Positions 22,601 to 32,288 of a DNA stretch of 64,000 nucleotides are shown here, piece after piece. Below the pieces are notes generated by a model. The model searched no databases. It saw nothing but the letters and a program-made list of their open reading frames with translations, and had not been told where the DNA came from. Every line of letters begins with the position of its first letter. Within the stretch, counting starts at the first letter, position 1. The position numbers and the translations under genes are program-made. The stretch lies in the NCBI GenBank assembly GCA_964019335.1, contig OZ025738.1:62001-126000 (forward strand), given 5' to 3'. The DNA is from Diplonema japonicum. Its lineage: Eukaryota > Protista > Euglenozoa: Diplonemea.

Positions 22601-22670
22601 TCTTGAACTCTGAATCGATGTCACCCTCACTGATGCGGAACAGCTTCTTCAGAACATCCTTGATTTTCAT
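16623..22670 (-). CDS. NLR-like protein B, 2015 aa
   Basis: Near-identical to protein A but with a different N-terminus and an extra 266 aa (19210-20007). Confidence 0.75.
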   Translation of the reverse strand: MKIKDVLKKLFRISEGDIDSEFKKDLSRKLANLEEAWYGGDVAQWDKWVATQEFVKWFKMQEHVFGVEQKPFKEEEWKGLYEAVYGILKILKISLMSDTMESDKRQLITFNNIHLHRSAAFLMFRLAKTTPPEDHNEKKLENLVKELEEVKYEARRHVVSITDFHIVSVGVKVIGQSDNELIESICKFGGTVFSIATGLPGSISKVGEFLKDGKKVIESIIEKVKAEGFITFSTYECFTLGVKCELLRNTVQALTDRKRDGDCLRLAETITSAIKSFHEDVIHDGSLKHADPTHALLWIANLAEMLLFNRAVVRSAGDWTGRISYGKADQKWYQRIPVENDPAATHTVKFPATATDVLLDCLLEFLTFERPSPEKLTEQIKDAKELVGGAVKYQAEKAGKGSVEFIREIDQWYNDTRGQSGQSLESIDGSVSAMTDLLLGKDTSSNTSLKLRCRSVMACYEVIAFEDGRYLTDSQKHDVSEQLSRSLLCDREEVVGALHEALSFKGMKDYMGMTLPTQAKEYKKKISELLDEVDELLRLRGETVMKEAIKPLDKILQNAQRAITVYVRNLEGTSTMVGATMLLTAGILNRAVQIEKAVQDIAKDVSDIHEYLELHRELEDDILRMKHHRVRTDEYSFLKVSFSDNTTKEKETETVDGFVKRILGWKNHEEDNSFVFDGNQSGCEEFLRLVEKRLWECYKDKKKEEEEEAAQDLVPVFIYLPKLKDPREKLVEGALKEYGFTVSNIRRLKEKSGEDYKLVLILEGYSHLDREFTFNILRKSNALSEWGDPIILVSANVAFLQYTPQELFGSVDKDGKMMSRCQVLRIEDLDTGEAKGIIEFGKTSVWQMLKVSLVFEKFMKYLGTNLDPERQGVLSLSLVRSFRDGTSDSVLKADKTAEEYSEVLWKQLKEVAVEEFRTIDRLTSWGSYLGRTQARGNIEQRLEEEEGLLSVLQERLQVEDVMGVQIIQEHTQQNSSGCLDQKDQRDNKSEGMQIRWLQHSTERSHLADFVSKNVGCFISSLTTRQLEAVVGFLTDCRLPRFDSDLQCIADRFEKCLDSILLRCKEDSSDINYLRSCISVFGRLKILLEVFKDGGRGGLHGVYDILSGPVSHSIVIAIVKTFHSHTGTFTFGKLDKVNAFRNSPSSSALHKTIRSCMYDLCEEPVLDLSFLRSNVERYFMLSKDMFYEKYPSMSDRNIMTLMFDYNGSLALQMARQQTTIAHYHKRCDLFLEECDLSTFDLEEERRMQFVRDMYASSPLRTVLGPSGKKTFRFVDMWLQYAFTAWAIRDKLMEFPLNRCATRFFVSTFSNLNEKQKEELTHEEQVRVLFSKECHVMQARVADALDVSEQQASEYLVQTCNAACADWDVKMEYLMCFPVVLRQYVAKMASEKCFKDTLYSLLELSKLKFCKVPGAVAMTILSAANEAFAGMDLRGVSVKGAHLDDNTFDRTLLNEDDLKDTCHPRAHLGKFGADGKMKVTSRPLPGLVSFAAMTRRSDEDYVAEVYRDRVRFGGEDIVFSQKIPDSVSSSSVHSRIVWRNGFVVLVVSWVAGGIPHVVDVNMKNNRATKVEECNTSTLAASRIIGITDHGMVWMLNTRLRMKEGIEDSSLGNAKSMCIIKTDKDMGICWVTKAGVLHAGIVEVKEDYPSANSLLTGVSSDRRRTVEQVYPYKHEEIEQNPVWSAVTPMVDKVLAWRRDTQKRWECSVFTLPEETRTLRKHSTFYIDTDIDPATATTSNDVVSVVSKDGLSIHSWVVQRETAKRLYTRSLDLHVNSVKDVRLSETHLHCILVGENNAVISMAIPSAAPFSLGTISRVAVSESGNKVALLVDEGGGSFDLIVRNQELGATSRLYQKAKFAAVLGLTREGDTFSLKAKRQRMGKKLEEKEAYHYEVGDIGLEALELRIGDRPLPCAACDKTREQEAKTMREEGKRVLKEEVAAEQSEELLEHVEYVEKQGKTLVALAGGKAYIWRSISALSEQYGLPDWHETRYKWYFTKRVTMVEEVSVSVPTINAAEE

Positions 22671-23829
22671 CTTTCTCTTTTTTTCTTTCTTGTTGTTCCT
22701 TCTGGCTTTCTACGTGATGGCAGTGCACCAAACATGGAAGAAAAAAGGGAAAAAAGAAGGGGGAAAAAAAAGGGAAAAAAAAATAGTTCCGGCACATTAT
22801 TCCATTTGTCTGTTTGTGCTCGTGTTGCGAAAAACCACAAATCCTGCCTCCGACACTGTTAAGTGTATCAGTGCCTTCTTTCAAATCGATGCATTCTAGT
22901 TTCTTCGCATATATACAGTCTTTTACGAACTACCTGTTGGCGGTACGTTAATCTGACGACCAATAGAAGAAAGACTGGTCATCGAACTCGATGGCTTCTA
23001 GTTTTCCGCACCCCTGACAAGATGTGATCAACGGAAAGAGCTTTTGGGAGGGATGAGATGGACTCACGACAGGTGGTGGCACCCATAAGAAACCTTTAGT
23101 TCCTGCAACTGAACGCTTCTCATGTCTGCCCCCACATGGACCATGGAGCCCAAGTTCCTGAAGCTCTTCACCGCCGCTGACCTCTCCCTCCGTGTAAACC
23201 AGCAGCACACCCCGCCTTCTTGTACACCGCCTCCTTCCCTGACACTTCCACATCGTGAACCCCGCTCTTCATGAAACCTTCCTGTTACAGGCTCCCACTG
23301 CCTCCTTCCCCAACGACTGTTAGATCGTTTCATCAGATTTTGCTTTTGCCCCCCCCCCCCCCTCCCCTAGGGCTATACTGGCAAGAAACGGGGCAACGTT
23401 TCCATTTCCGTTTCCTTATTCTTCAGATACCTAAGGATACGCGCCCCTTCTTAAGGAACCCAAAGTAAGGAAACGTTTCCGTTCCCCTTCCTTATCTTCA
23501 AAAAAGTGCTTGGAAACGCGTTTCTTGCCAGCATAGCCCTCCCCCCCGGGCCCCTGTCATGTCGTAGTGCCCGTCTGGCATGTCGGACTCCATGTGCTCT
23601 GCCGTGAGCGGGAGGTTCGAACGCTTCGAGGGCTTTTGCGTCTGGCGGTGGCAGTCCAGATTCCAGATGCCGCTCGGCCGAGTAATCCTTATCCAACTTC
23701 TCAGCGTACATCGCCCGCAGCTCTGCGCGCGTCTCCTCGCCGATCTCGTCGAAGATGCCGCCGAGGCTCCCCGACACCTCAAGGAGCTCCATAGCGAAGC
23801 CGACATCTTTCTCCGGGGGGGGTGTTCTT

Positions 23830-24030
23830 CACGCGCGTAAGCAGCACCATGTCATCTTCAGCAAGGCACCCGATTGGGCTGCACACCAGCAGGTTCAGCG
23901 GCGTTACCTTGTTGGACGATGAAACGTGATCCGTTGCAGAGACCAGCTGGGGGTTAAGGTTTTTGAAGAGTATCGGTGCCCCAACCTTTAGCCGTAACTT
24001 CTGGAGTGGGACCCCCGTCGTGATTATGAG
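23830..24030 (-). mobile_element. Helitron/PIF1-type helicase fragment (frameshifted)
   Basis: TGVPLQKLRLKVGAPI..KNLNPQL, then after a shift LCNGSRFIV, matching the LxLKVGAPxMLLRNL..GLCNGTR helicase motif. Confidence 0.75.
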
Positions 24031-24775
24031 GTTCATAATCTCTTCTCTGACCAGGTCCCCGCCCTTGGGCCCCCCCTTTTGGCCAAGAATTTGGTGCTCT
24101 TTTCTTCTGAGGCAGAGTTCGTTAACCTCGCGCTGCTTGGCATTAGTCGGACAAAGGATCAGGGAAGGTGTGCTGTTTTAGGTCTTCGCGATTGTTGTAT
24201 ACTTCCTTCTTCCCTTTGTTTCCCCGTGCGCTCTTTAGGTACAATCTGCACGGAAGCTTGGTTACGTCCTTCCCCGTGTTCTTGCGTATTTCATTTAGGT
24301 CGCCCCTCGCCACACCCTTTTTTGTTTCCCGTATTAATTATTTTGGTAAACACGCGCACACTAAAGTAATACTCTTCGAAAGATCAATGAGAGGAAGAAG
24401 AGTGGTAAGAAAAATAAAAAAAAGAGCTTCCTTCGTCTCTTACGAACACTTTCTTAACCTTCGTTCACAAGCCCAGGGCACTATTCTCTCTTTAAATTCA
24501 AGGGGGAGCATGATAAGGGAGGTCCCGGCACAACCCTACTTACTGCGTACTTCTCTTCCCGCCTTGCTGAGTCCTTCAGTCCCTTTTCATTGTGTAATAT
24601 CCCAGGGAAAAAAAGAGAAAAAAAAAAAAACAAAAGAAAAGAAGGGGGGCTTAAATCTTTCTACCCGTCCCTATTTCTTTTTTTCGATCGAATATAAAAA
24701 AAAAAAAAAAAAAGAGAGAGAAGAAAAAAAAAAAAAAAAAAAAAAAAGAGAAGGAACCCGACCGTTCTCTCTGCA

Positions 24776-27700
24776 TCACCCAGGGTTGACATTCAGTTTA
24801 GCTAATGCTTCCTCAACCCTTATCGGTAATTCAATGTCCTTGGGCATGGGTTGCCGCATCTGACAAACTCGCAAGTTGTCCGGCTTATCAAAGGACACGT
24901 ATTGAGGTTCGGGTGCGGACAGCCCTGGAAGCACCTCTATAGCAATACGACGTATTGTGACCCTGTGTGTGACTATCATGGGGAACGGCTCCCATATCAC
25001 AAGCTCGCCGCTGCTGCTCCTCAAAGACTGGTAGCCATCACCAATTAAGTCGCGAAAATGGTCGGATTCTTGATTCTCCGCCGGCAGTTCTTCCTCGTGC
25101 TTTGTGTGCACGCACGTCGCGACGCCTGTCAGAATTGTCGTTCCTGAACTCAGCTTATCCAGATTCGCACTAGTCAATTCCATTACCTTAGCCCATTGTA
25201 GTGGTTGCCTCCCACGAATTCTGATATTGACGGCATCCTTCTCCACCTCGACGTAGAATGGCACCCGTGCTACCTGTGCGAGGGGTCGCTTCCATACGTC
25301 TTTAATGCTCTCCGTGAGCACACGGAAGTTCATGACAACGGTCTCTTCGTTCTTGCTGAATGCTTCCAAATGCGTTTTGAAGTCGGGTTCTAAGGTCAGG
25401 TCCGTGACATCGCTCTGCTTACTGAAGGCAGGATGCAGCGTCAAATGCTTGGCGGGTATGGCAGCAATACTCTCAATTGAGCAGAGAGGGCAGTCCGTTG
25501 GTATGCCCACAGAACACTGCTTGAGGCTAAGCTCATGACCCTTGCTGCACCGCCACTTCGATTCAGAATCACATCCTAATGTGCCAGCACTGAGGTGGCA
25601 TTCAAGAAGGATCTCGTGCTTGCAGGCTCTCACGTTCCAGCACTCGCGCGGTACCAACTCACAGCACTTGATATCAAGGCGCGCTGCCGCCTTGTTCTTA
25701 CATGGAACATGCGTGTGGCCGCAAGGCAGCCGAGTAGGGACAGGTTCATAATAGATAGCGGCTGCGCTCACACTCACCTCCTCTACCGTTGTGACGCGCT
25801 TCGTGAAGTACCACTCGCCCCCCGTCTCGTGCCAGGAGGGCAGGTCATACTGCTCTGTGATGGCACACCTCCATCTCCAGACGTATAAGTCAGTGCCCAC
25901 AAGTGCAACCAAAGTCCTCCCTTGCATCTTCACGTCTTTGATCTCCTTGCCCATCGACAGCAATTCTCTTGACACGGATGCAGTCTCGGCATGCAGCACT
26001 TTCATCCTTTCCGTTGTGCGGGCCTTCAGCTTCCTGGTCAGTGAGTTTACCTTTACTTCGGTCTGCACTTCGTGCTCACTTATCGTCACTGTGCTGGCAC
26101 CTTCGTCGGAGAGCTCGGTTTCATTCTCTTCTTCTTTGCGGCCGTTTCTAATATCCAGAGAGCCGAGGCCTATCTCACCCACATCGAAGAGGTACGTCTC
26201 TGTGTCTCCCATCGACACCGTCAGTCTGAACAGATTGGCCTCGTCATTCCACTCCACATCATGAACCGTGTGCTTCACCCTTTGGTATAGACGGCTCGTC
26301 ACGCCTGTCCTCTGGTCGCGGACAATGAGGTCGAACACCTTCGCTGTGCTGTCGCAAACAAGGATCGCGACCTTAATCCCGTCGGCAGACAGGGCTATCT
26401 TGCTGATGGTGCCTGAGAAGGGCGCGCGGCATGGAACGCGCATGCAGACGTAGCCGCTCGTATCCTCAATGAGGCAGTGCACGTTTGCATCGGAAACCTG
26501 CACACAACGCACGGGCTTCTCGAAGTGCTTTGTGTACAACCTCTTCGACGTCCAATCTTGCAAGTCCCAGCTGTGGATGTTGCCGCTGTCATCACCCACA
26601 GACACCACGGAGTCAGACGTGGCAGCCAATGTGGGATCGATGTTATGGTGCGTGTAGAAGGCGCAGTAGTCGTGGAGCGTCCCACTCTTGCTCAGCAAGA
26701 AAACGCAGCATTCCCACCTGTCGTCGTCCGTCATGCGCCAGGCCAGCACCTTGTCCTTCATTGATGTCAGTGCCTTCCAGTCGCCATGTTGTCGGTCTCG
26801 TTCGAATAGGTGTCCGTCAACCACAATACCTGCGTGAAGTCTGTCTGCAACCCAGCAGACTCCGAATGTGGAGTCCGTTGTCTGAAACATGCACACGTGG
26901 CTGGCGTCTCCCGCGGATCTGCCTGCGTCGAGCCTGGTCACCCTCTCGTGATCGGATATCAATGCCTGGGAATTCTCGATCGTAGATTCTCCACCGCTGT
27001 TCACCACCTCATACTTTATATGACCGTAGCTTGGCTCACGTTCTCTTGCGTCCTTGTTCTCCAACATCCACGCGACCCCATGGTCGGTGATGCCTATGAT
27101 CTTATGGATGTCGCTCACCGACAACGATTGGCATGTTTCCGAAACACGTGCTGTTATGTTTACAACGTATGCAGTGCTTGTCGCCTCCTCCACCCAGGAA
27201 ACGACTAACATTAGGAACCCGTTCCTCCACACAATTCTGCTGTGAACGCTGGAGCTGCTGACACTGTCTGGAATACCGTGGGAAAACACAATGTCCTCAC
27301 CTCCGAACCTCACCCTGTCACGGTACACCTCAGCAACAGTGTCCTCGTCACTGCGACGCGTCATGGCAGCAAAGGACACCAAGCCGGGCAAAGGACGTGA
27401 AGTCATAGTCACTTTTCCATCTACTCCGATCTTTCCAAGGTGCGCCCTGGGGTGGCAAGTGTCCTTCAAGTCACCCTCGTCAAGCAGCGTCCTATCGAAT
27501 GTGTTGTCATCAAGGTGTGCCCCCTTCACGCTGACCCCACGCAAGTCCATCCCAGCAAAGGCCTCGTTTGCTGCCGACAGGATCGTCATCGCCACAGCAC
27601 CAGGAACCTTGCAGAACTTTAGCTTCGACAGCTCCAAAAGGGAGTACAGAGTGTCCTTGAAACGCTTCTCCGTTGTCAACTTCGTCACGTACTGCCGCAG

Positions 27701-30700
27701 CACTATGGGGAAGCTCATCAAGTGTTCCATCCTCACGTCCCAGTCCGCACATGCTGCATTGCACGTCCGAACAAGGTACTCGGAGGCCTCCTGCTCCGGC
27801 ACACCAAGGGCATCCGCCACCGTTGCCCGCATCACACGTCGCTCCTTGCTGAATAACGCACGCACCTGTTCGTATGATACGCCCCCTGGTATCTCGTTCA
27901 GCTTCGAAAACTCTGCAACGAAGAACCTCGTGGCGCAGCGGTTCAGCGGGAACTCCATGAGCTTGCTGTAGATGGCCAATGCTGTGAAAGTGTACTGGAC
28001 CCATCTGTCCAAAAAGCAGTAAACCTTCTCGGCACCATCCATCTGCACTGTCCTAAGAGGAGATGCAGTGTACAAGTCACGGACGAACTGCTTCTTGTTG
28101 TTTTCGACTTCTCCGTGGAAGAAGTCGCACCTCCTTTCATAAAGGCCTGTGGTGGTGTGCCGACGTGCCATCTGCAGTGCGAGGTTCCCGTTGTACTGGT
28201 GCAGTTCGGTGACGAAGTCCTTGTCGCTCATGCTGGGGTACTTCTCGTAGAACATACCCTTCGACAGCTTGAAGTACTCACTGAAGTCCATTGACGCGAG
28301 GCCGATGGTCTCGTCGCAGAGGCAGAATATGCACCCTCTGATCACGGAACACAGCGCACTGTCGTTTGACCCTTCCCCCACCACGATGTCGATCAGACCA
28401 CGAATCGTGAACTTTGGCGAAAGCGACAGGAGCATATCTTCGGCCGATAGAGCTATCTCTGCAAGAGGCCCGAGAGGCTCCTCTTCATCCCCCATCTCGA
28501 ACTCATCGAGCTCCTGCTTTCTGATCCCCTTGGCAAGCTTTCTGAGAATATCAGTCGGAATCTCAAGACGCTCATAGATGCTGACTAGCGCATCCCTCTC
28601 CCCGAACTTGTACACCGCGGATAGTATTCGTAGACTGCTGAAGACATAGATACACGACAATAGGAACTTTCGGTTCTTTATACGTTCACGAGCTTCAAAC
28701 ACGAGGCGGCTCAATATTCCCATGTGAGCGGATCGTCCTGGGAGGACCCTCTCCTGCTGCCTGTTTGCCCTTGCGCACAGCTTCTGCCTACAGTGGCTCA
28801 CGACAGTCGTGCAGAGCCCCCCGATCATAGTCATGACGTCATGGAGGTCGGGGCAGTCGGGTACCTTCTGCTTGAGTAACGACCTCACCACGTCGCGCTG
28901 CCCGTCTGTCAGATTCTCGGCGAAGTCACAGATCATCTTTGTGACGTTGGAGCAAACTGTATTGGCACGCCCTGCATGCCTTTCTTTCTGTTCTAACGCT
29001 GCCGTGAACTGCGGATTAACATGGCTGGCAACCTCTACAAGCCTTTCCCTAGCCCAGTCGATCAGCTCCTTCCACGCATTGTTGACGTGCTCCGGAGTTC
29101 CTGCTGGACCACGCGTGACCCAGTAGGCCCTTGCTGCAGCGTCCGCCATTCTGACGTAACCCCTGTTCCCATGAACAAACGCTCGCAGCAATGCGAGAGT
29201 CATGTAGTTGCACTGTTTTGGACGAAGGCTCTTAATCACGTATGTCGTGTACCTCTGAAATAAAAGTGTGGCCCTGAGCTTCTGCCACACTGAAGTGCAG
29301 TCTGCATGCATCACATGCATGATGTCATCCATGGACATCTCTGCCATCTCTAAAATACGGCACTCGGAAGTGAGTTTCCCGTTCCTGTAGTTCCCGAAGA
29401 TCTGCTGAGGTGTGTACTGCAAGACGTCGGTGTTCGCAGACACAAGTAGGATGGGGTCTCCCCACTCGTCCATCGCATTGCTCGTCTTGATGCGGTGGAA
29501 GGTGAACTCCTGGTTGAGTTGTGAATAGCCCTCGAGGATGAGTACTAGCCTGTACGCGCCACTGTTTGCTTCCTGCTTCAGCTTTCTGATGTTCCTAGCT
29601 GTAAACTTATGCCTCTCAAGACCTTCTTCAATAAGCCTTTTGGAAGGGCTCTTCAGCGCAGGTAGGTATATGTGTAAAGGCACAACAGTTATGTCGCTGG
29701 GGGGCTCGCACCACAGGCTCTTCTCCACCAGCCTCATGAACTCTTCACAGCCCCTGTGGAGCCCATCGAACACAAAGCTGTATCCAAAATTATCTTCCTT
29801 CTTCCTCTGGCTCAGCTCGTGTATATGCCTTGAAAACTCCGTAACGCCATACGTCACCTTTCTGTCCACTCGCTCAGTCCACTCCTTCGCCCTCCGCAGC
29901 TTCATGGTCGTCTGGATGGCCTTTAGAACCGAGTACTTCTCAAAGTAGGCTGCAAGCTCGCACCGCTTTGTCTTCATTGCTTCGATGTCATCGTCTAATT
30001 CCCTGTTCAGCTCCAGGTACTCGTGAATATCGCTGACATCCATCGCGATGTCCTGAACAGCCTTCTCAATCTGTACTACCCTGTTCTGGATGCTTGCGGT
30101 GAGAAGCATTGTGGCCCCCACCATTGTGCTTGTCCCCTCCAGGTTCCTTACGTACACGGTGATCGCCGACTGGGCCTTCTGTAGGATCTCGTCTAGGTGC
30201 TGAGTTGCCTTCTTCATAACGGAGGTTCTGCGGTGTTCTAGCAGCTCGTCTACTTCGTCGAGTAAGCTGGTCAGCTTCTCCTTGTACTCCTGGGCCTGTG
30301 TCTTCAGGGTCATCCCCATGTAGTCCTTCATTCCTTTGAAAGACAGCGCCTCGTGGAGAGCTGCGACCACCTCTTCGCGATCGCACAGTAGTGAGCGCGA
30401 CAGCTGCTCGCTCACGTCGTACGCCCTGTCACCGATGTTTCGCCCGTCTTCAAAGGCAAGAACCTCGTAGCACGCCATCACAGCCCTGCACCGCAGCCTC
30501 ACAGCATCCATTAGAGTCTCCGTGTCGCCATCTTCAGTGTTCCCTAGAAGAAGCTCAGTCACGCTGACAACCTCCTCCTTTACCTTGCGAAGAGCTTCGT
30601 CGTCCCAGTCACTGATCTTCTGTGCGAATGCTGCCGTGTCAACTGACTTGACCCCCATCTTCTGCTCACTCACGGCGACGAACATGAGATCCTTCGACTT

Positions 30701-31831
30701 CTCAATGCACTTTGTGAGGTCCTCGGGCGACGGCCGCTTGTATTTCAGCAGCTCCAGCAAGCAGTCGACCATTGCGCTCTTTGCCTCTTGTGGGAAGGTT
30801 ACGATGCGTTTGTCGCCGTCGACCGGTATGCGCTGGTACCACACCTCATCCCCGGGGATCCTGCCCGCAGTGACGTCCGCGGACCTTGTGACTGCTCTCT
30901 TGAACAGAAGCATCTCAACCAAACACTCCGCCCACAGCATGGCGTGGCGAGCATCGAGGAAGGCAGCCGCAGCACCGTCCGAAGAAGACTGAACACTGTG
31001 GAAAGAGGCGATGCTCTCGGCCAGCTTACTACCAGAGTCGGAGGGAACGGCGGAAGGAAATATCTCACTCATCAGCAGCTGGTGCTTCAGAGCGAGGGCA
31101 AACCGGTCGTAGACAGCACAACCCCTGAATTTCTCCGCCTCGCATCTCATGGAGACTGCGTCAAACGCCTTCTTACCCTCCTCTAGCACGGTCATGAGAC
31201 TGTCGAAGCCAGGTGATGCGGCAGCGCTTACGAAAGTTGCACCGAAACTCAAGGCAGTGTTTGTAAGTGCGTTGTCTGTTATGCCTTGCTCGCCAACGAT
31301 GTTGACCCCGTTTCGAAGGACGAGCGCGTTGCTGGCTGACACAGGATGGGTGTGTGCGATGTATCTCTTTTCTTGGAGCTTTTCGATGAGGACCTCCAGG
31401 GCCTCCTTTTTACATGGGGTGGGGGGGTCTGTCACCGCGAGTCGGAACATGAGGAACGCAGCTGCACTGTACAAACGGATGTTGACGAATGTTAGAAACT
31501 GCCTACTGCCGTCGTCCTCACCCCCGTTCAGGAGCGACTGCAAAAGCACCTCAAGGATGCTGCACAGTGCAGAGTACAGCGACTCCCAGTCTTCAGCGTT
31601 CTGGTGCTCCAAGCTATGCCCGAAAAGCTGTTCTTGCATTTTGAACCATTTGACAAAACCTTGCGCCACGGCCATTTTGTCGTGAAAGGAACAGTCGGCC
31701 TCCCATTGCCGGGTGAGGACCTGCTGCCTCTCCTTGAGCTCCTTTTTGAATTCATCACTTGCAGATACCTTCCCAGGCCCACAGAGGGAGAGAACACATT
31801 CTATGCACTGCTCCAAAGACGGTAGACTCAT
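24776..31831 (-). CDS. NLR-like protein C, 2351 aa, with a C-terminal NF-X1-like Cys/His-rich extension
   Basis: Colinear with A and B (FVFDGLHRGCEEF, LILEGYSQ, identical pentapeptide block). About 320 extra C-terminal aa beginning PTRLPCGHTHVPC...CSKGHEL..C...CPLC. Confidence 0.75.
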   Translation of the reverse strand: MSLPSLEQCIECVLSLCGPGKVSASDEFKKELKERQQVLTRQWEADCSFHDKMAVAQGFVKWFKMQEQLFGHSLEHQNAEDWESLYSALCSILEVLLQSLLNGGEDDGSRQFLTFVNIRLYSAAAFLMFRLAVTDPPTPCKKEALEVLIEKLQEKRYIAHTHPVSASNALVLRNGVNIVGEQGITDNALTNTALSFGATFVSAAASPGFDSLMTVLEEGKKAFDAVSMRCEAEKFRGCAVYDRFALALKHQLLMSEIFPSAVPSDSGSKLAESIASFHSVQSSSDGAAAAFLDARHAMLWAECLVEMLLFKRAVTRSADVTAGRIPGDEVWYQRIPVDGDKRIVTFPQEAKSAMVDCLLELLKYKRPSPEDLTKCIEKSKDLMFVAVSEQKMGVKSVDTAAFAQKISDWDDEALRKVKEEVVSVTELLLGNTEDGDTETLMDAVRLRCRAVMACYEVLAFEDGRNIGDRAYDVSEQLSRSLLCDREEVVAALHEALSFKGMKDYMGMTLKTQAQEYKEKLTSLLDEVDELLEHRRTSVMKKATQHLDEILQKAQSAITVYVRNLEGTSTMVGATMLLTASIQNRVVQIEKAVQDIAMDVSDIHEYLELNRELDDDIEAMKTKRCELAAYFEKYSVLKAIQTTMKLRRAKEWTERVDRKVTYGVTEFSRHIHELSQRKKEDNFGYSFVFDGLHRGCEEFMRLVEKSLWCEPPSDITVVPLHIYLPALKSPSKRLIEEGLERHKFTARNIRKLKQEANSGAYRLVLILEGYSQLNQEFTFHRIKTSNAMDEWGDPILLVSANTDVLQYTPQQIFGNYRNGKLTSECRILEMAEMSMDDIMHVMHADCTSVWQKLRATLLFQRYTTYVIKSLRPKQCNYMTLALLRAFVHGNRGYVRMADAAARAYWVTRGPAGTPEHVNNAWKELIDWARERLVEVASHVNPQFTAALEQKERHAGRANTVCSNVTKMICDFAENLTDGQRDVVRSLLKQKVPDCPDLHDVMTMIGGLCTTVVSHCRQKLCARANRQQERVLPGRSAHMGILSRLVFEARERIKNRKFLLSCIYVFSSLRILSAVYKFGERDALVSIYERLEIPTDILRKLAKGIRKQELDEFEMGDEEEPLGPLAEIALSAEDMLLSLSPKFTIRGLIDIVVGEGSNDSALCSVIRGCIFCLCDETIGLASMDFSEYFKLSKGMFYEKYPSMSDKDFVTELHQYNGNLALQMARRHTTTGLYERRCDFFHGEVENNKKQFVRDLYTASPLRTVQMDGAEKVYCFLDRWVQYTFTALAIYSKLMEFPLNRCATRFFVAEFSKLNEIPGGVSYEQVRALFSKERRVMRATVADALGVPEQEASEYLVRTCNAACADWDVRMEHLMSFPIVLRQYVTKLTTEKRFKDTLYSLLELSKLKFCKVPGAVAMTILSAANEAFAGMDLRGVSVKGAHLDDNTFDRTLLDEGDLKDTCHPRAHLGKIGVDGKVTMTSRPLPGLVSFAAMTRRSDEDTVAEVYRDRVRFGGEDIVFSHGIPDSVSSSSVHSRIVWRNGFLMLVVSWVEEATSTAYVVNITARVSETCQSLSVSDIHKIIGITDHGVAWMLENKDAREREPSYGHIKYEVVNSGGESTIENSQALISDHERVTRLDAGRSAGDASHVCMFQTTDSTFGVCWVADRLHAGIVVDGHLFERDRQHGDWKALTSMKDKVLAWRMTDDDRWECCVFLLSKSGTLHDYCAFYTHHNIDPTLAATSDSVVSVGDDSGNIHSWDLQDWTSKRLYTKHFEKPVRCVQVSDANVHCLIEDTSGYVCMRVPCRAPFSGTISKIALSADGIKVAILVCDSTAKVFDLIVRDQRTGVTSRLYQRVKHTVHDVEWNDEANLFRLTVSMGDTETYLFDVGEIGLGSLDIRNGRKEEENETELSDEGASTVTISEHEVQTEVKVNSLTRKLKARTTERMKVLHAETASVSRELLSMGKEIKDVKMQGRTLVALVGTDLYVWRWRCAITEQYDLPSWHETGGEWYFTKRVTTVEEVSVSAAAIYYEPVPTRLPCGHTHVPCKNKAAARLDIKCCELVPRECWNVRACKHEILLECHLSAGTLGCDSESKWRCSKGHELSLKQCSVGIPTDCPLCSIESIAAIPAKHLTLHPAFSKQSDVTDLTLEPDFKTHLEAFSKNEETVVMNFRVLTESIKDVWKRPLAQVARVPFYVEVEKDAVNIRIRGRQPLQWAKVMELTSANLDKLSSGTTILTGVATCVHTKHEEELPAENQESDHFRDLIGDGYQSLRSSSGELVIWEPFPMIVTHRVTIRRIAIEVLPGLSAPEPQYVSFDKPDNLRVCQMRQPMPKDIELPIRVEEALAKLNVNPG

Positions 31832-32288
31832 TTCCTTTTCTTTCTGTCCTTAAAGGTGATAAAGAGGGTTGTATAAATAATGAGGGAGAGAAGAAAGAGA
31901 GAGGGGAAAAAAAAAAAGGAAAAATAAGAGAAAAAAAAAAAAGAATAGTCCTTTATCATACGTCTTCTTTCTTTTTTTCTCGTTCCTTCTTTTCAGTGAG
32001 AAAGGTCTTGTTCGTATAAAAAAAAAGGACAGCGATAGAATCACAACTCTCAGAAAACAAGAAAGGGAAGGGGGTTCGGAGGGGGGGGACGGTAGTAGAC
32101 TAATAGTTTTGAACTTGTCTTTTCTTCTGATTTCTCGCTTTAAAAGACGAGGCCGTCCTCATCCACAACAAAAAAAAAAAGAGAATAAAATCGTAAAAAA
32201 AAAAAAAATAAGGAAAATAAAGTAAGTAAGTAGTAAAATACCGAAAAAGGGGTGGCTAGGAAAAGAAAACACAAAAAAAAAAAAAAAA

